Positions 9,214 to 18,831 are shown, numbered from the stretch's first letter. The stretch: DNA of 64,000 bases from an uncultured Bacteroidia bacterium (GCA_902789245.1 CADAND010000010.1:9323-73322); one strand, 5' to 3'. Notes: generated by a model not told the origin, from the sequence alone. Program-made: numbers and translations.

Positions 9214-11740
9214 ATTGAACCAGATTCTGCAGCGCGGCGCCGTAAATCAGGTAGGCTGTGTTGCCGGCGATCGTGCCTTCGTTCTGTCCCCAGAGGAAGG
9301 GCCAGTCGTCGTAGTTCTCGAAGTGGTCCGGATGGCGGAAGAGCAAACCGGGAGCCACGTTGCCTGGGATGAAGGAGAAGTCAGCACGGTTGTTGCCGTA
9401 GAAGACCTGCTTCGGGCGCGTGGCGCCGACGGCGGCCACCAGCGAGTAGTTGTGGTAAGGATGGCAGCCGAACAGGTAATTGGCAGCCTTCAGAGCGTAT
9501 TCCGGCCCGACGATATCGGGATAATACTTGCTGGCGAAGCTGGCCGTGGTGCCGAAGCTCACGACGCTTCCGCTGCCGGCCCAGTTGCCTTCGCCGATGG
9601 GCACGCCGTACGGGTTCACCGTATCGAGGCTGTCCAGGTAGTTCTTGTACTTCTCCACGTACGGGCGCAGCTTCTCCTTGTAGGCAGCGTCCAGGTAAGG
9701 GATGGCATCCAGGGCGGCTTGGAGGGACATTTCCACGTTGCGGTCAAGCGCAGGCCAGACCTGCTGCTGGAAATCGTCGAGGTAATGCTGCTCGCCCGTG
9801 CAGACATAAAGCTGCAGGTTCGTAGACATGTTGCCGAAGCCGCGGCCGCGCATGCGGGCGGCCATCGGGTTCTTCGCGAGCAGTTCGGTCCCCTCCTTCA
9901 TCAGGCGCTTGGACTGCGTGAGGGCGCGCTGCGCGAGCTTGTCGTTGTAGCCGGTCAGGGCGCGGCTCGCCGCCGCGAACATCGTGGCCGCCTGCAGGTC
10001 CAGGCCCGGGTTGCGGGTCGTGAAGGCCCACAGGTCGTCCGGCGTGCCGCTCGACTTACCGTCGGCGGACTTCTGGTACGGCTTCAGGCGTGGGTCGTAG
10101 TGCAGGCCGTCGGTGATGGTGGCCGCGTCGCCCAGGTGATGATAGTTGTCAAGGACGGAGTTGGAGAGCGTCTGGGACATGTGGCCGATGTTCTCGGCCT
10201 GGGCCACGAGGTTCAGCACGCCGTGCTCGATATACTGCAGCACGTCAGGCACGCCGTCCGGACGGTGCAGGTCCACGTAGCGCTGCTCCTCGCTGACGAA
10301 GGTCTCGTCGCGCATGGGCTTGAAACGCTCCCAGTCGGAGACCAGGTTCTGCACCACGCTGATGTTGGAGCCCGTCTCGATGTCGAAGTCGCCGGCGTCG
10401 AAGAAGCCGCCCACGTTCAGGCCGGGGATCAGTTGGAGAGCCTTGTACTTGGTGTCGATGGGGCCCTGGCTGTGCAGGTCGAAGTGGTCCGTGTTGGCCG
10501 GAGCTTGGAGGTAACCCTCCTTGAAGGGCTCGCCGTGCCAGATGCGATAGGCCTCGTTGACCATCATGTGGTTCATGTGAATCGGGATCCAGACGTCGCT
10601 CGTGGCGTCGGTGATGCGGTCCAGGACATCGTCGCCGATGATGAAGTCGTTGGTTTTGATGTCGCCGTACTTGATGAAGTACACGCCCGGTTCCTTCACG
10701 TCGCTGAAGTCGAACTTCACGTAGTTGTACTTGTAGTACCTGCCCCAGGTCTTCACCGGGCCGGAGAAGGCGCGCTCGGTGGCGCCGTCGTCCTTCACGC
10801 GCCAGACTTCCGCCGTGGCGCGCGGCTTGTCAAGCTTGTCCAGCTCGACCACGGCCACCTTCTGCTGGCCGGGAAGGTAACCCACCTGCGAGAAGCCCAC
10901 GTTCGGTTCGCGGATCCAGCCGGGGATGGCGTTCGGCTCCACGGTCCAGCTCAGCACCTTGCCGGTCTGGCCGGCAGGCAGCACGCTGCGAAGCACGTAC
11001 CAACCGTTCTGCGCCAGCAGGCGGCCGTCGTAGAGGTTCATCTCGGCGTCCTCGCTGGTGATCTTGATCAGGCGGCCGGGATCGTCCGTCGCCACGATCA
11101 GTTCATGGCCGGTGGACAGCGGGAGCGGATCCACGAAGCGGCCGGTGCCGCGGTCGTCGTAGGTCTTGTATCCCTTGTACTGATAGACCTTCTCCTCGTT
11201 GGGGCGCGTGGTCGTCAGGCTGGCGGAATAGCGCGGGAAGCGGTTCGCCTTGCCGTCCATCACATACGCCTTGTTCCAGTACTGGGAAGGCAGGAATTCG
11301 AGGTTGAAACCGGCGTCACCCTCCAGTTCGGCGGGGACCGGCTTGTCCAGATATACGTCGATCCGGACGGCCTTGCCGACCGCCGTCACGACGAGGCGGG
11401 AATCAAAGTCGTAATGCGGGTAACGCAGCCCGACCTCGATGGAGCCGTCCTCGCGGTTCACGTTGCGGACGGTCGTCTCCGGGACGAGGTCCCACTGCTC
11501 CGGCGTGTTGGACAGACGCACGGCGCCGCCCTGGACGGTACGCACGCCATGGTGAATGATCTCGATACCGGAATTCTTTTCGTCGTTGAAGCCGCCGGAG
11601 AACATGTTGCTGTAAACCAGCACGTTCACGCCCTGGCGCTCAAAGTACTCCAGATCATTGAGTTTGAGATTGGAATCGGTCGTGCGGGAACAGGCCGCAA
11701 GAGCCAACAAAGGAATGATGAGCAGAAATGCTTTGCGCAT
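9212..11740 (-). CDS. glycoside hydrolase family 9-like lipoprotein with N-terminal extra domain and Ig-like CelD_N domain
   Basis: Lipobox LLALAAC; Ig-like segment (GFSQVGYLPGQQKVAVV...DFSDVKEPGVYFIKYGD..TNDFIIGDDV); GH9 DAGD motif (GGFFDAGDFDIETGSN); C-terminal WGQNEGTIAGNTAYL. Confidence 0.75.
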   Translation of the reverse strand: MRKAFLLIIPLLALAACSRTTDSNLKLNDLEYFERQGVNVLVYSNMFSGGFNDEKNSGIEIIHHGVRTVQGGAVRLSNTPEQWDLVPETTVRNVNREDGSIEVGLRYPHYDFDSRLVVTAVGKAVRIDVYLDKPVPAELEGDAGFNLEFLPSQYWNKAYVMDGKANRFPRYSASLTTTRPNEEKVYQYKGYKTYDDRGTGRFVDPLPLSTGHELIVATDDPGRLIKITSEDAEMNLYDGRLLAQNGWYVLRSVLPAGQTGKVLSWTVEPNAIPGWIREPNVGFSQVGYLPGQQKVAVVELDKLDKPRATAEVWRVKDDGATERAFSGPVKTWGRYYKYNYVKFDFSDVKEPGVYFIKYGDIKTNDFIIGDDVLDRITDATSDVWIPIHMNHMMVNEAYRIWHGEPFKEGYLQAPANTDHFDLHSQGPIDTKYKALQLIPGLNVGGFFDAGDFDIETGSNISVVQNLVSDWERFKPMRDETFVSEEQRYVDLHRPDGVPDVLQYIEHGVLNLVAQAENIGHMSQTLSNSVLDNYHHLGDAATITDGLHYDPRLKPYQKSADGKSSGTPDDLWAFTTRNPGLDLQAATMFAAASRALTGYNDKLAQRALTQSKRLMKEGTELLAKNPMAARMRGRGFGNMSTNLQLYVCTGEQHYLDDFQQQVWPALDRNVEMSLQAALDAIPYLDAAYKEKLRPYVEKYKNYLDSLDTVNPYGVPIGEGNWAGSGSVVSFGTTASFASKYYPDIVGPEYALKAANYLFGCHPYHNYSLVAAVGATRPKQVFYGNNRADFSFIPGNVAPGLLFRHPDHFENYDDWPFLWGQNEGTIAGNTAYLIYGAALQNLVQ

Positions 11741-11787
11741 AACGGTTATTAATTTTGGTTAATCTTATCAAAGATAGTACAAAAAAA

Positions 11788-12411
11788 CTACTTTTGAAAA
11801 TGCTGATAGTCCTTGGATCGCGTCCATGCCCCGCCCCATGTGAAACCGTGTTCCCGGAAAAGCCGGTAGCAAAGATCCTCCCGGTCGATCTTGTGCGGGA
11901 AATCGCGGGTGCGGTCGACGAACTCCTTCGCCTCCGGCGGCAGGACCTCGCCGTTCGGGCGGATGTAGGGATTCTCGAAGGGATTGATATCCACCGCCAT
12001 CCCGAGCGCATGGCGGGACAGGGTGCGCGTCCCGGCCACCACGCGGTAGTTGAAGCAGGACGAATTGTCCGCCAGCATCGAGGCGTCGTCCGATCCGCCG
12101 AAATCGTCCACCAGGCGGATGCTGCGGATGGGATACTTCGCCTCGAAGAGGGCTTCGAAGATCTCCAGCAGGTCCTGCGCGATGGCCGCGTTGCAGACCA
12201 TCTCGCCGGTCCGCGGCGTGCCGCTGAAATCATAATAGGACAGGCGCAGGTAGCGCAGGTCGGACAGGCGGATCTCCGGCGCCCCGCCTTCAGGATAAGA
12301 ATTCCCGCGCATGCGGGCCTCCACCTGCGGCGGGATCGGCTCCGCGGTGAAAACGGGCTGGAAAGGCATCATCAGCAAGAAGTTGAGCAGAATCGCAAGC
12401 AGCTGGGACAT
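11788..12411 (-). CDS. M15 family metallopeptidase (VanY / D-Ala-D-Ala carboxypeptidase-like)
   Basis: SRHALGMAVDINP and GFTWGGAW....DYQHF zinc-ligand motifs; hydrophobic N-terminus. Confidence 0.8.
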   Translation of the reverse strand: MSQLLAILLNFLLMMPFQPVFTAEPIPPQVEARMRGNSYPEGGAPEIRLSDLRYLRLSYYDFSGTPRTGEMVCNAAIAQDLLEIFEALFEAKYPIRSIRLVDDFGGSDDASMLADNSSCFNYRVVAGTRTLSRHALGMAVDINPFENPYIRPNGEVLPPEAKEFVDRTRDFPHKIDREDLCYRLFREHGFTWGGAWTRSKDYQHFQK

Positions 12412-12417
12412 CGCGGC

Positions 12418-13380
12418 TTATTTCGGCATCGAGGATTCGCAACGGACGATGGTCTCCATGATGAGGCGGGTCTGCGCATGCAGGGCCTCCTCCGCCTTCC
12501 TGTCGCGGGCGAGGAAGATGTCGCGGTAGACTTCCAGCTGGTGGCAGAGCCGGTGCTCGTAGCGGTTCAGTTCGAAACTCTGCATCTCCTTTCCGGGCAG
12601 CATCAGGTCCACCTTCGTGAAGAAATTCGGCAGGCCGTGGACGCGGATGGCGCCCTTTTCGCCCTGGAAGAAGAAGCCGCGCAGGCCGTCGGAGTCCATG
12701 GAGGCCGAGCAAATGGCCGTCACGCCGCTCTTCCAGGTCAGCGTGGCCGCACCGGAAGTGGCGATGTCGTTGCGGCCGCAGCTGTTGGCGGCGTAGTAAA
12801 CTGTGTCCGGACGGCCGTAGAGCGCCAGCACGATGTGCAGGCAGTAGATGTTGATGTCGCGCAGCGCGCCGCCCTCGTATTCGTGCGTGAAGACGGGCAG
12901 ATCCTTGCCGGCGAGATACTCGTCGTAGCGGCCGAAATGCTCGTCGTAGTCGGCGTGCACCAGGCGCACGGGACCGATCTGCGGGAGCAGCTCCCGGACC
13001 TTGAAGAAGTTCGGAAGGTGAATATTCGAAATCGCCTCAAAAATAAACAGATCGCGCTCCTTCGCAATCGTGAAGAGTTCCTCCGTCTGGGCAACGGTCG
13101 AGGTGAAGGGTTTCTCGCAGAGGACGTTCTTGCCGGCCAGTAAAGCCTGCTTGGCGGCGGCGTAGTGCAGCGAGTTCGGAAGCGCGACGTAGACGAAGTC
13201 GATATCCGTGCGGGTGAGCATCTCCGCATAGTCGGTATAGACGTTCGGGATGCCGAAACGGGAGCCTTTCTCCAGGCTGCGCGCACAGATAGCGATCACT
13301 TCGTAGCCTTGCACGGTCTGCATGGCTTTCAGCATATCGGGAACAATCATCCCGGAACCTACAATGGCAATTCTTAACAT
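12418..13380 (-). CDS. Gfo/Idh/MocA family oxidoreductase
   Basis: Rossmann N-terminus MLRIAIVGSGMIVPDMLKAM and EKPF motif (VLCEKPFTSTV). Confidence 0.85.
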   Translation of the reverse strand: MLRIAIVGSGMIVPDMLKAMQTVQGYEVIAICARSLEKGSRFGIPNVYTDYAEMLTRTDIDFVYVALPNSLHYAAAKQALLAGKNVLCEKPFTSTVAQTEELFTIAKERDLFIFEAISNIHLPNFFKVRELLPQIGPVRLVHADYDEHFGRYDEYLAGKDLPVFTHEYEGGALRDINIYCLHIVLALYGRPDTVYYAANSCGRNDIATSGAATLTWKSGVTAICSASMDSDGLRGFFFQGEKGAIRVHGLPNFFTKVDLMLPGKEMQSFELNRYEHRLCHQLEVYRDIFLARDRKAEEALHAQTRLIMETIVRCESSMPK

Positions 13381-13433
13381 AACGGTTGGGTATTAGTCTT
13401 TCCAAATATACGGAAAAATCTGCTAATTTTGCA

Positions 13434-14924
13434 ATGATGAAATCCCCGTCCAGAACCTATATCGCCATCGACCTGAAGTCGTTCTACGCCTCCGCGGAGT
13501 GCGTGGCGATGGGACTGGACCCCCTGGATACACATCTCGTGGTGGCGGACGCGTCACGCACGGAGAAGACCATCTGCCTGGCCGTGACGCCTTCCCTGAA
13601 GAGCTACGGCATCTCCGGTCGGGCGCGGCTCTTCGAGGTGGTGCAGGCGGTGCGTCGCATCAACGCCGAGCGCCGCGCGAAGGCCCCCGGACGCCGCTTC
13701 AGCGGCAAGAGCCACGTCCATTCCGCGCTGCAGCGCGACCCTTCCCTGGGACTGGAATACATCGTGGCACCGCCCCGGATGGCGCACTACATGGAGGTCA
13801 GCAGCCAGATCTACGGCATCTACCTGCGTCACGTCTCCCCGGAGGACATCCAGGTCTATTCGATCGACGAAGTCTTCATCGACGCCACGGACTACCTCAA
13901 GGCCTGCAAGCTCTCGGCGCACGATTTCGCGCGCATGCTCATCCGCGAGGTGCTCGCGGAGACGGGCATCACCGCCACGGCAGGCATCGGGCCGAATCTC
14001 TACCTCTGCAAGATCGCGATGGACATCGAGGCGAAGCACAGCCCGGCCGACGCGGACGGCGTGCGCATCGCCGAGCTGGACGAGCTGAGCTACCGCCGCA
14101 AATACTGGACGCACCGCCCCCTGACGGACTTCTGGCGCATCGGGCGCGGCATCGCCGCCAAGCTGGAAGCCAACGGGCTCTACACCCTGGGCGACGTGGC
14201 GCGCTGCTCGGTGGCCAAGCCCTACGAGCGGCAGAACATCGAACTGCTCTACAAGCTTTTCGGCGTGGGCGCCGAACTCCTGATCGACCACGCCTGGGGC
14301 TGGGAGCCCTGCACGATGGACGACATCCGCTCCTACCGGCCCACGACAAGCAGCCTCTCCAGCGGGCAGGTCCTGTCCCAGCCCTACACGTTCAGGAAGG
14401 CGCGCGTGGTCATCCACGAGATGACCGAGCAGCTGGTGCTGAGCCTCGTGGACAAGCAGCTGCTCACGGACCAGATGGTGCTGCACGTCGGCTACGATAT
14501 CAGCAGCCTGACCGACCCGGCCGTGAAGGCGAAATACAACGGTCCCGTCACCCAGGACTGGTACGGCCGTCCCGTCCCGAAGCCGGCCCACGGCAGCGTC
14601 AACCTGCCCCGACAGACCTCCTCCACCCGCCAGATCTGCGATGCGGTGCTGGACCTCTTCGACCGCATCGTCAACCGGGACATGCTGGTCCGGCGGATGT
14701 ACGTCGTGGCAGCGCATCTGGTGCAAGAATCCAGCGTGCAGGCCGTCCAGCTCGATCTTTTCGACGAGCCGGCCGAAGCGGACGGACGCGAGCGCAGCCG
14801 CCAGGAAGCCATCCTCGCCATCCGGCGCAAATTCGGCACCAACGCCATCCTGACGGGCACCAATTTCGACGAAGGCGCCACCGGCCGCGAGCGCCACAAA
14901 CAGATTGGAGGACACAAGGCATGA
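13434..14924 (+). CDS. Y-family DNA polymerase (UmuC/DinB-like)
   Basis: YIAIDLKSFYASAECVAMGLDP...VYSIDEVFIDAT...GIGPNLYLCKIAMD motifs. ATG 13434 preferred over TTG 13386. TAATTTTG box at 13424-13431. Confidence 0.85.
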   Translation: MMKSPSRTYIAIDLKSFYASAECVAMGLDPLDTHLVVADASRTEKTICLAVTPSLKSYGISGRARLFEVVQAVRRINAERRAKAPGRRFSGKSHVHSALQRDPSLGLEYIVAPPRMAHYMEVSSQIYGIYLRHVSPEDIQVYSIDEVFIDATDYLKACKLSAHDFARMLIREVLAETGITATAGIGPNLYLCKIAMDIEAKHSPADADGVRIAELDELSYRRKYWTHRPLTDFWRIGRGIAAKLEANGLYTLGDVARCSVAKPYERQNIELLYKLFGVGAELLIDHAWGWEPCTMDDIRSYRPTTSSLSSGQVLSQPYTFRKARVVIHEMTEQLVLSLVDKQLLTDQMVLHVGYDISSLTDPAVKAKYNGPVTQDWYGRPVPKPAHGSVNLPRQTSSTRQICDAVLDLFDRIVNRDMLVRRMYVVAAHLVQESSVQAVQLDLFDEPAEADGRERSRQEAILAIRRKFGTNAILTGTNFDEGATGRERHKQIGGHKA

Positions 14925-15133
14925 ACAACGATTTCGATCACCGCTACGACGACATCATCACCCTGCCGCATCCCGACCCGGATCCGGTGCGGCATCCGCG
15001 CATGTCCCGTGCCGAACGCGCGGCGCAGTTCGCCCCCTTCGCCGCCCTCACGGGCTTCGACGGCGTCATCGAAAAAACGGCTGATCAGCATATCGCCGAC
15101 CAGCCGGAAATGTACGGGGACGAAGATTTCTAG
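14921..15133 (+). CDS. YolD-like small protein coupled to the Y-family polymerase
   Basis: 70 aa: MNNDFDHRYDDIITLPHP..HPRMSRAERAAQFAPFAALTGFD. The RAAQF.PFAAL motif is the YolD-like signature. ATGA start/stop overlap with the polymerase gene. It is the 3-prime end of track ORF 13499..15133. Confidence 0.7.
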   Translation: MNNDFDHRYDDIITLPHPDPDPVRHPRMSRAERAAQFAPFAALTGFDGVIEKTADQHIADQPEMYGDEDF

Positions 15134-15738
15134 AAGAACTTGACGACCTCGTCGAGGGGACGGTGGACCGGCATGTTGGGCTCTTCGGCGCGATAGCCGA
15201 GCGCGATGACGGCCAGGATTATTTCATTCTCCGGAATCTGGAAGAGCTCACGGAGCTTGTCAGCCTCGCGCATGCCCATGATCAAGGTGTCAAACCCCAT
15301 GTCACGTGCCTTCAGGACCAGGTAAGCATTGCTGAGGCCGTTGTCGTAGGCGCCCCAGAAGTCGCCGGCGTCGTTGGCGGGATTGCCGCGGAAGAAGCCG
15401 GACTTGGCCTTCTCGAAGGTGGACACGATAAAGACGGGAGCGTTGACCACACGGTCCTTGTTGCCGCCGATCATCTCCAGCACGGCGTCGTGCTTCTCCG
15501 GGCTGATGGCGACATAGTATTTGCTCGGCTGCTGGTTCGCCCAGGACGGGGCATTCTGCGCAGCGGTGAGCAGTTCGCGCACCTGGGCTTCGGAAATGGT
15601 CCGGCCGGGCTCGTAGTTCCGGATGCTGCGGCGGGTCAGGAAGAGCTCGTCCAGCGAGGCGGAAGCCGGCTGCTGAGCGGTGCAGCCCGCCAGCGCGGCA
15701 AGCGCGACGAGCGAACCAAACAATTTCTTGATATTCAT
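15130..15738 (-). CDS. nitroreductase family protein with lipoprotein signal peptide
   Basis: MNIKKLFGSLVALAALAGC lipobox, then LFLTRRSIRNYEPGR...LLTAAQNAPSWANQQP (nitroreductase FMN-binding motifs). Confidence 0.8.
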   Translation of the reverse strand: MNIKKLFGSLVALAALAGCTAQQPASASLDELFLTRRSIRNYEPGRTISEAQVRELLTAAQNAPSWANQQPSKYYVAISPEKHDAVLEMIGGNKDRVVNAPVFIVSTFEKAKSGFFRGNPANDAGDFWGAYDNGLSNAYLVLKARDMGFDTLIMGMREADKLRELFQIPENEIILAVIALGYRAEEPNMPVHRPLDEVVKFF

Positions 15739-15742
15739 AAAT

Positions 15743-16165
15743 CTATGCTAATAATTGGTTCTCTGCCAGCACGTGCAGCCCCTTGCGGACAATCACCTCC
15801 TTCGCCTCCGCTTCGTTGTCCGTGCGGAAGATGAGGATGCCACGGCCATCCCGCAGGAAGGCATACATATAAGCAATACCGATACCGGCTTCGCTGAAAG
15901 TACCGACCACGTCGGCGGCACCGCCGGGCTGGTTGTCCAGCTCAATGGCGAAGACATCAGAGATGGCCACGGCCACACCGGCCGCCTTAAGCTCCGCGCA
16001 AGCCCGGTCGGGCTCGCTGCAGATAATCCGGAAGATGCCATACTCAGCCGTGTCGGCGATGGTGCAGGCGATGATCTGGATCCGCGACTTGCGCATCAGC
16101 TCCAGCACCTTGACCAAGGTACCGGACTGATTCTCGATAAAGATAGAAAGTTGGGAGACGGTCAT
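15743..16165 (-). CDS. ACT domain-containing protein
   Basis: Two ACT-like repeats (QLSIFIENQSGTLVKVLELM..., AIELDNQPGGAADVVGTFSEAGI). This is the usual partner of arylacetate-CoA ligase genes in anaerobes. Confidence 0.8.
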   Translation of the reverse strand: MTVSQLSIFIENQSGTLVKVLELMRKSRIQIIACTIADTAEYGIFRIICSEPDRACAELKAAGVAVAISDVFAIELDNQPGGAADVVGTFSEAGIGIAYMYAFLRDGRGILIFRTDNEAEAKEVIVRKGLHVLAENQLLA

Positions 16166-16189
16166 ATCGTTTCAATGTATTAAGGATTA

Positions 16190-17509
16190 TCAGAAAAGTT
16201 TACGCAGGTCCCGTACCCGGACAGCCTTTTTCTCGTCGCTGACCGGCAGGGTGCCCTTGGGGACAAGACGGACCTTCGGCGTGACCAGGATTTCATCCCG
16301 GAGCTGACGCGTGATCTCGCGCTCCAGCCGCTGAAGGACGGAGTAGTCGTCGGTAAAGACATTGTTGACCTCGACATCGATGATCATCACGTCGCCCTCC
16401 CCTTCCCGGGTCTCGAGCGTGATCAGATAGTCAGTACCGATTTCCTTGAAATTCAGGAGGATCTTCTCAATCTGGATCGGGAAGATGTTCACACCCTTGA
16501 GGATAATCATATCGTCGCTGCGGCCCTGCAGGCGGGCCAGGCGCACATGGTGGCGGCCGCAGGGGCAGTCGCCGGGCAGGATACGCGTCAGGTCGCGCGT
16601 ACGGTAACGGAGCAAGGGCATCGCCTCGCGACGCAGCGTCGTGAGGACCAACTCGCCCAGCTGGCCGTCAGGCACGGGCTCCAGCGTGACCGGGTCCACG
16701 ATCTCGACGATAAAGTAATCTTCCCAGATGTGCAGGCCGTTCTGTTCCTGGCACTCGAAGGCGACGCCCGGGCCCATCATCTCGGAGATACCGTAGGAAT
16801 TGTAGGCCTTGACGCCCAGGTTCTCCTCGATGCGGCGACGCTGCTCCTCGCTGTGCGGCTCGGCGCCGATGCACAGCACGCGCAGCTTGGTGTCCCGGCG
16901 CGGATCCACGCCCTGCTCCTTCATCACTTCAAAGATGCGGGAAGCATAGCTCGGAATCGCGTGCAAGACCGTCGTCCCGAAATCCTGGATGAACTTGATC
17001 TGCCGGAGCGTATTGCCGGCAGCGGCGGGAACCGTCAGCATGCCGACGCGTTCGGCGCCGTACTGGAAGCCGAGGCCGGCCGTAAACATGCCATATCCGG
17101 CGGAATTCTGGAAAACGTCATCCGGCCGGGCACCGACCATCCAGAGGCATCTCGCTACGGCTTCCGCCCAGGCGTCCAGGTCTCCCTGGGTATGGAGGAC
17201 CACCGTGGGGTTGCCCGTGGTGCCGGACGAAGAGTGCAGGCGCACGCAGTCACGCATCGGGACGCACGAGAGCCCGAAAGGATAATGCTCGCGCAGGTCC
17301 TCCTTCGTGGTGAACGGAAGCTTGCGGACATCGTCCACCGACTTGATATCGTCGGGGGTAATGCCCAGCTCTGCGAATTTCTCCCGATAGAAATCGGAAT
17401 TCATACAGTGGCGGACCGTCTGCTGCAGGCGTTCACCCTGAAGGGAGCGCAACTGCTCCTTGGAGAGCGTTTCCAGCTCGGGATTGAAGTAAGGAGAATA
17501 AGAATCCAT
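16190..17509 (-). CDS. paaK: phenylacetate-CoA ligase family protein (paralog 2)
   Basis: MDSYSPYFNPELETLSKEQLRSLQGERL...LPFTTKEDLREHYPFGL...HSSSGTTGNPTVV. Start set at ATG 17509, 1 nt after the upstream paralog stop. Confidence 0.9.
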   Translation of the reverse strand: MDSYSPYFNPELETLSKEQLRSLQGERLQQTVRHCMNSDFYREKFAELGITPDDIKSVDDVRKLPFTTKEDLREHYPFGLSCVPMRDCVRLHSSSGTTGNPTVVLHTQGDLDAWAEAVARCLWMVGARPDDVFQNSAGYGMFTAGLGFQYGAERVGMLTVPAAAGNTLRQIKFIQDFGTTVLHAIPSYASRIFEVMKEQGVDPRRDTKLRVLCIGAEPHSEEQRRRIEENLGVKAYNSYGISEMMGPGVAFECQEQNGLHIWEDYFIVEIVDPVTLEPVPDGQLGELVLTTLRREAMPLLRYRTRDLTRILPGDCPCGRHHVRLARLQGRSDDMIILKGVNIFPIQIEKILLNFKEIGTDYLITLETREGEGDVMIIDVEVNNVFTDDYSVLQRLEREITRQLRDEILVTPKVRLVPKGTLPVSDEKKAVRVRDLRKLF

Positions 17510-17510
17510 T

Positions 17511-18821
17511 TTAAACCAGTTGTCGTTTGTCAATCACATGCACGCTCTTGCCCTGGCTGCGCTCGATGGTGCCGGGGGCCTTGATCTGTACCTTGGCGCT
17601 GATGCTCAGGACGCTGCGCAGCTTGTCGGCGAAGCGTTTCTCCAACTCGGAGATGGCGGCCGGCGTGTCGAGCGTGGCGTTGAAGTAGTCGGGACGCAGC
17701 TCCACCTGGACCATCAGCGTGTCGAGGTTGTTCACGCGGTCCACGATGAGCATGTACTGCGGAGCGAACTCCTCCATCGTGAGCACGACGCTCTCCACCT
17801 GGGACGGGAAGACGTTGATGCCGCGGATGATCAGCATGTCGTCCGTACGGCCCTGGATGGCGGACATGCGCACGTTCGTGCGGCCGCAGGGGCATTCGCC
17901 CGGCAGGAGCGAACAGAGGTCGCGGGTGCGGTAGCGGATCACGGGCATACCCTCCTTGGTGAGGGTCGTGAACACCAGCTCACCCGTCTGCCCGGGCTCG
18001 AGCGGCTCCAACGTGACCGGATCGATGATCTCGGGGAAGAAATGATCCTCGTTGATGTGGGAGCCATGCTGCTCGTCGCACTCATAGCTGACGCTCGGAC
18101 CCATGACCTCGCTCAGGCCGTAGATATTGAAACCTTTCAGGCCCAGACGGCCCTGTATTTCCGTACGCATATTTTCCGTCCACGGCTCGGCGCCGAAAGC
18201 GCCCACGCGCAGACGGATCTGATCTTTCGTAATCCCCAGCTTATCCATCGTCTCGGCCAGATACAGCGCATACGAAGGCGTGCAGGCAATGCCGGTGATG
18301 CCGAGGTCCCGGATCAGGCGGGCGTGCTTCTCGGTGTTGCCGGTCGAGGCCGGCACGACGGAAGCGCCGATGGTCTCCACGCCGTTGTGCGCGCCGAGAC
18401 CGCCCGTGAAGAGGCCGTAGCCGTAGGAAACGGAGAAGATGTCGTTGCGGGTCACGCCGAAGGAAGTCAGGCTGCGGGCCATGCACTCGCTCCAGATGCT
18501 GATGTCCTTGCGGGTGTAGCCGACAATAGTCGGATTGCCCGTGGTGCCGGAAGAAGCATGAATGCGGATGATTTCGCTCTGCGGGGCTGCCTGCAGGCCG
18601 AAGGGATAGTTGTCCCGAAGGTCCTTCTTGGTCGTGAACGGCAGTTTGACGATGTCGTCGATCGTTTGGATGTCGGCCGGCGAGAGGTCCATCTCCTGCA
18701 GCTTGTTCCGATAGAACGGGACGTTGTGGTACACGTACTCCACGATCTTGTGAAGGCGTTTTCCCTGCAGTTCGCGCATCTGCTCGCGCGACATGCATTC
18801 TTTGGTGGGGTTCCAGATCAT
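17511..18821 (-). CDS. paaK: phenylacetate-CoA ligase family protein (paralog 1)
   Basis: MIWNPTKECMSREQMRELQGKRL...LPFTTKKDLRDNYPFGL...HASSGTTGNPTIV. Confidence 0.9.
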   Translation of the reverse strand: MIWNPTKECMSREQMRELQGKRLHKIVEYVYHNVPFYRNKLQEMDLSPADIQTIDDIVKLPFTTKKDLRDNYPFGLQAAPQSEIIRIHASSGTTGNPTIVGYTRKDISIWSECMARSLTSFGVTRNDIFSVSYGYGLFTGGLGAHNGVETIGASVVPASTGNTEKHARLIRDLGITGIACTPSYALYLAETMDKLGITKDQIRLRVGAFGAEPWTENMRTEIQGRLGLKGFNIYGLSEVMGPSVSYECDEQHGSHINEDHFFPEIIDPVTLEPLEPGQTGELVFTTLTKEGMPVIRYRTRDLCSLLPGECPCGRTNVRMSAIQGRTDDMLIIRGINVFPSQVESVVLTMEEFAPQYMLIVDRVNNLDTLMVQVELRPDYFNATLDTPAAISELEKRFADKLRSVLSISAKVQIKAPGTIERSQGKSVHVIDKRQLV

Positions 18822-18831
18822 ATACTACTGA

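Noticed and set aside
9215-11752. 845-aa ORF on the plus strand covering the whole GH9 gene
   Set aside because: It is the mirror frame of a confidently recognised gene. The composition is dominated by A/G/V/R/H/D/L with no motifs. This is typical of stop-free antisense frames in GC3-rich genes.
13499-15133. 544-aa alternative-frame ORF over the Y-family polymerase gene
   Set aside because: Only the last 70 codons (14921-15133, YolD-like) look real. The rest is an Arg/Pro/Gly-rich frame-2 read-through of the polymerase gene.
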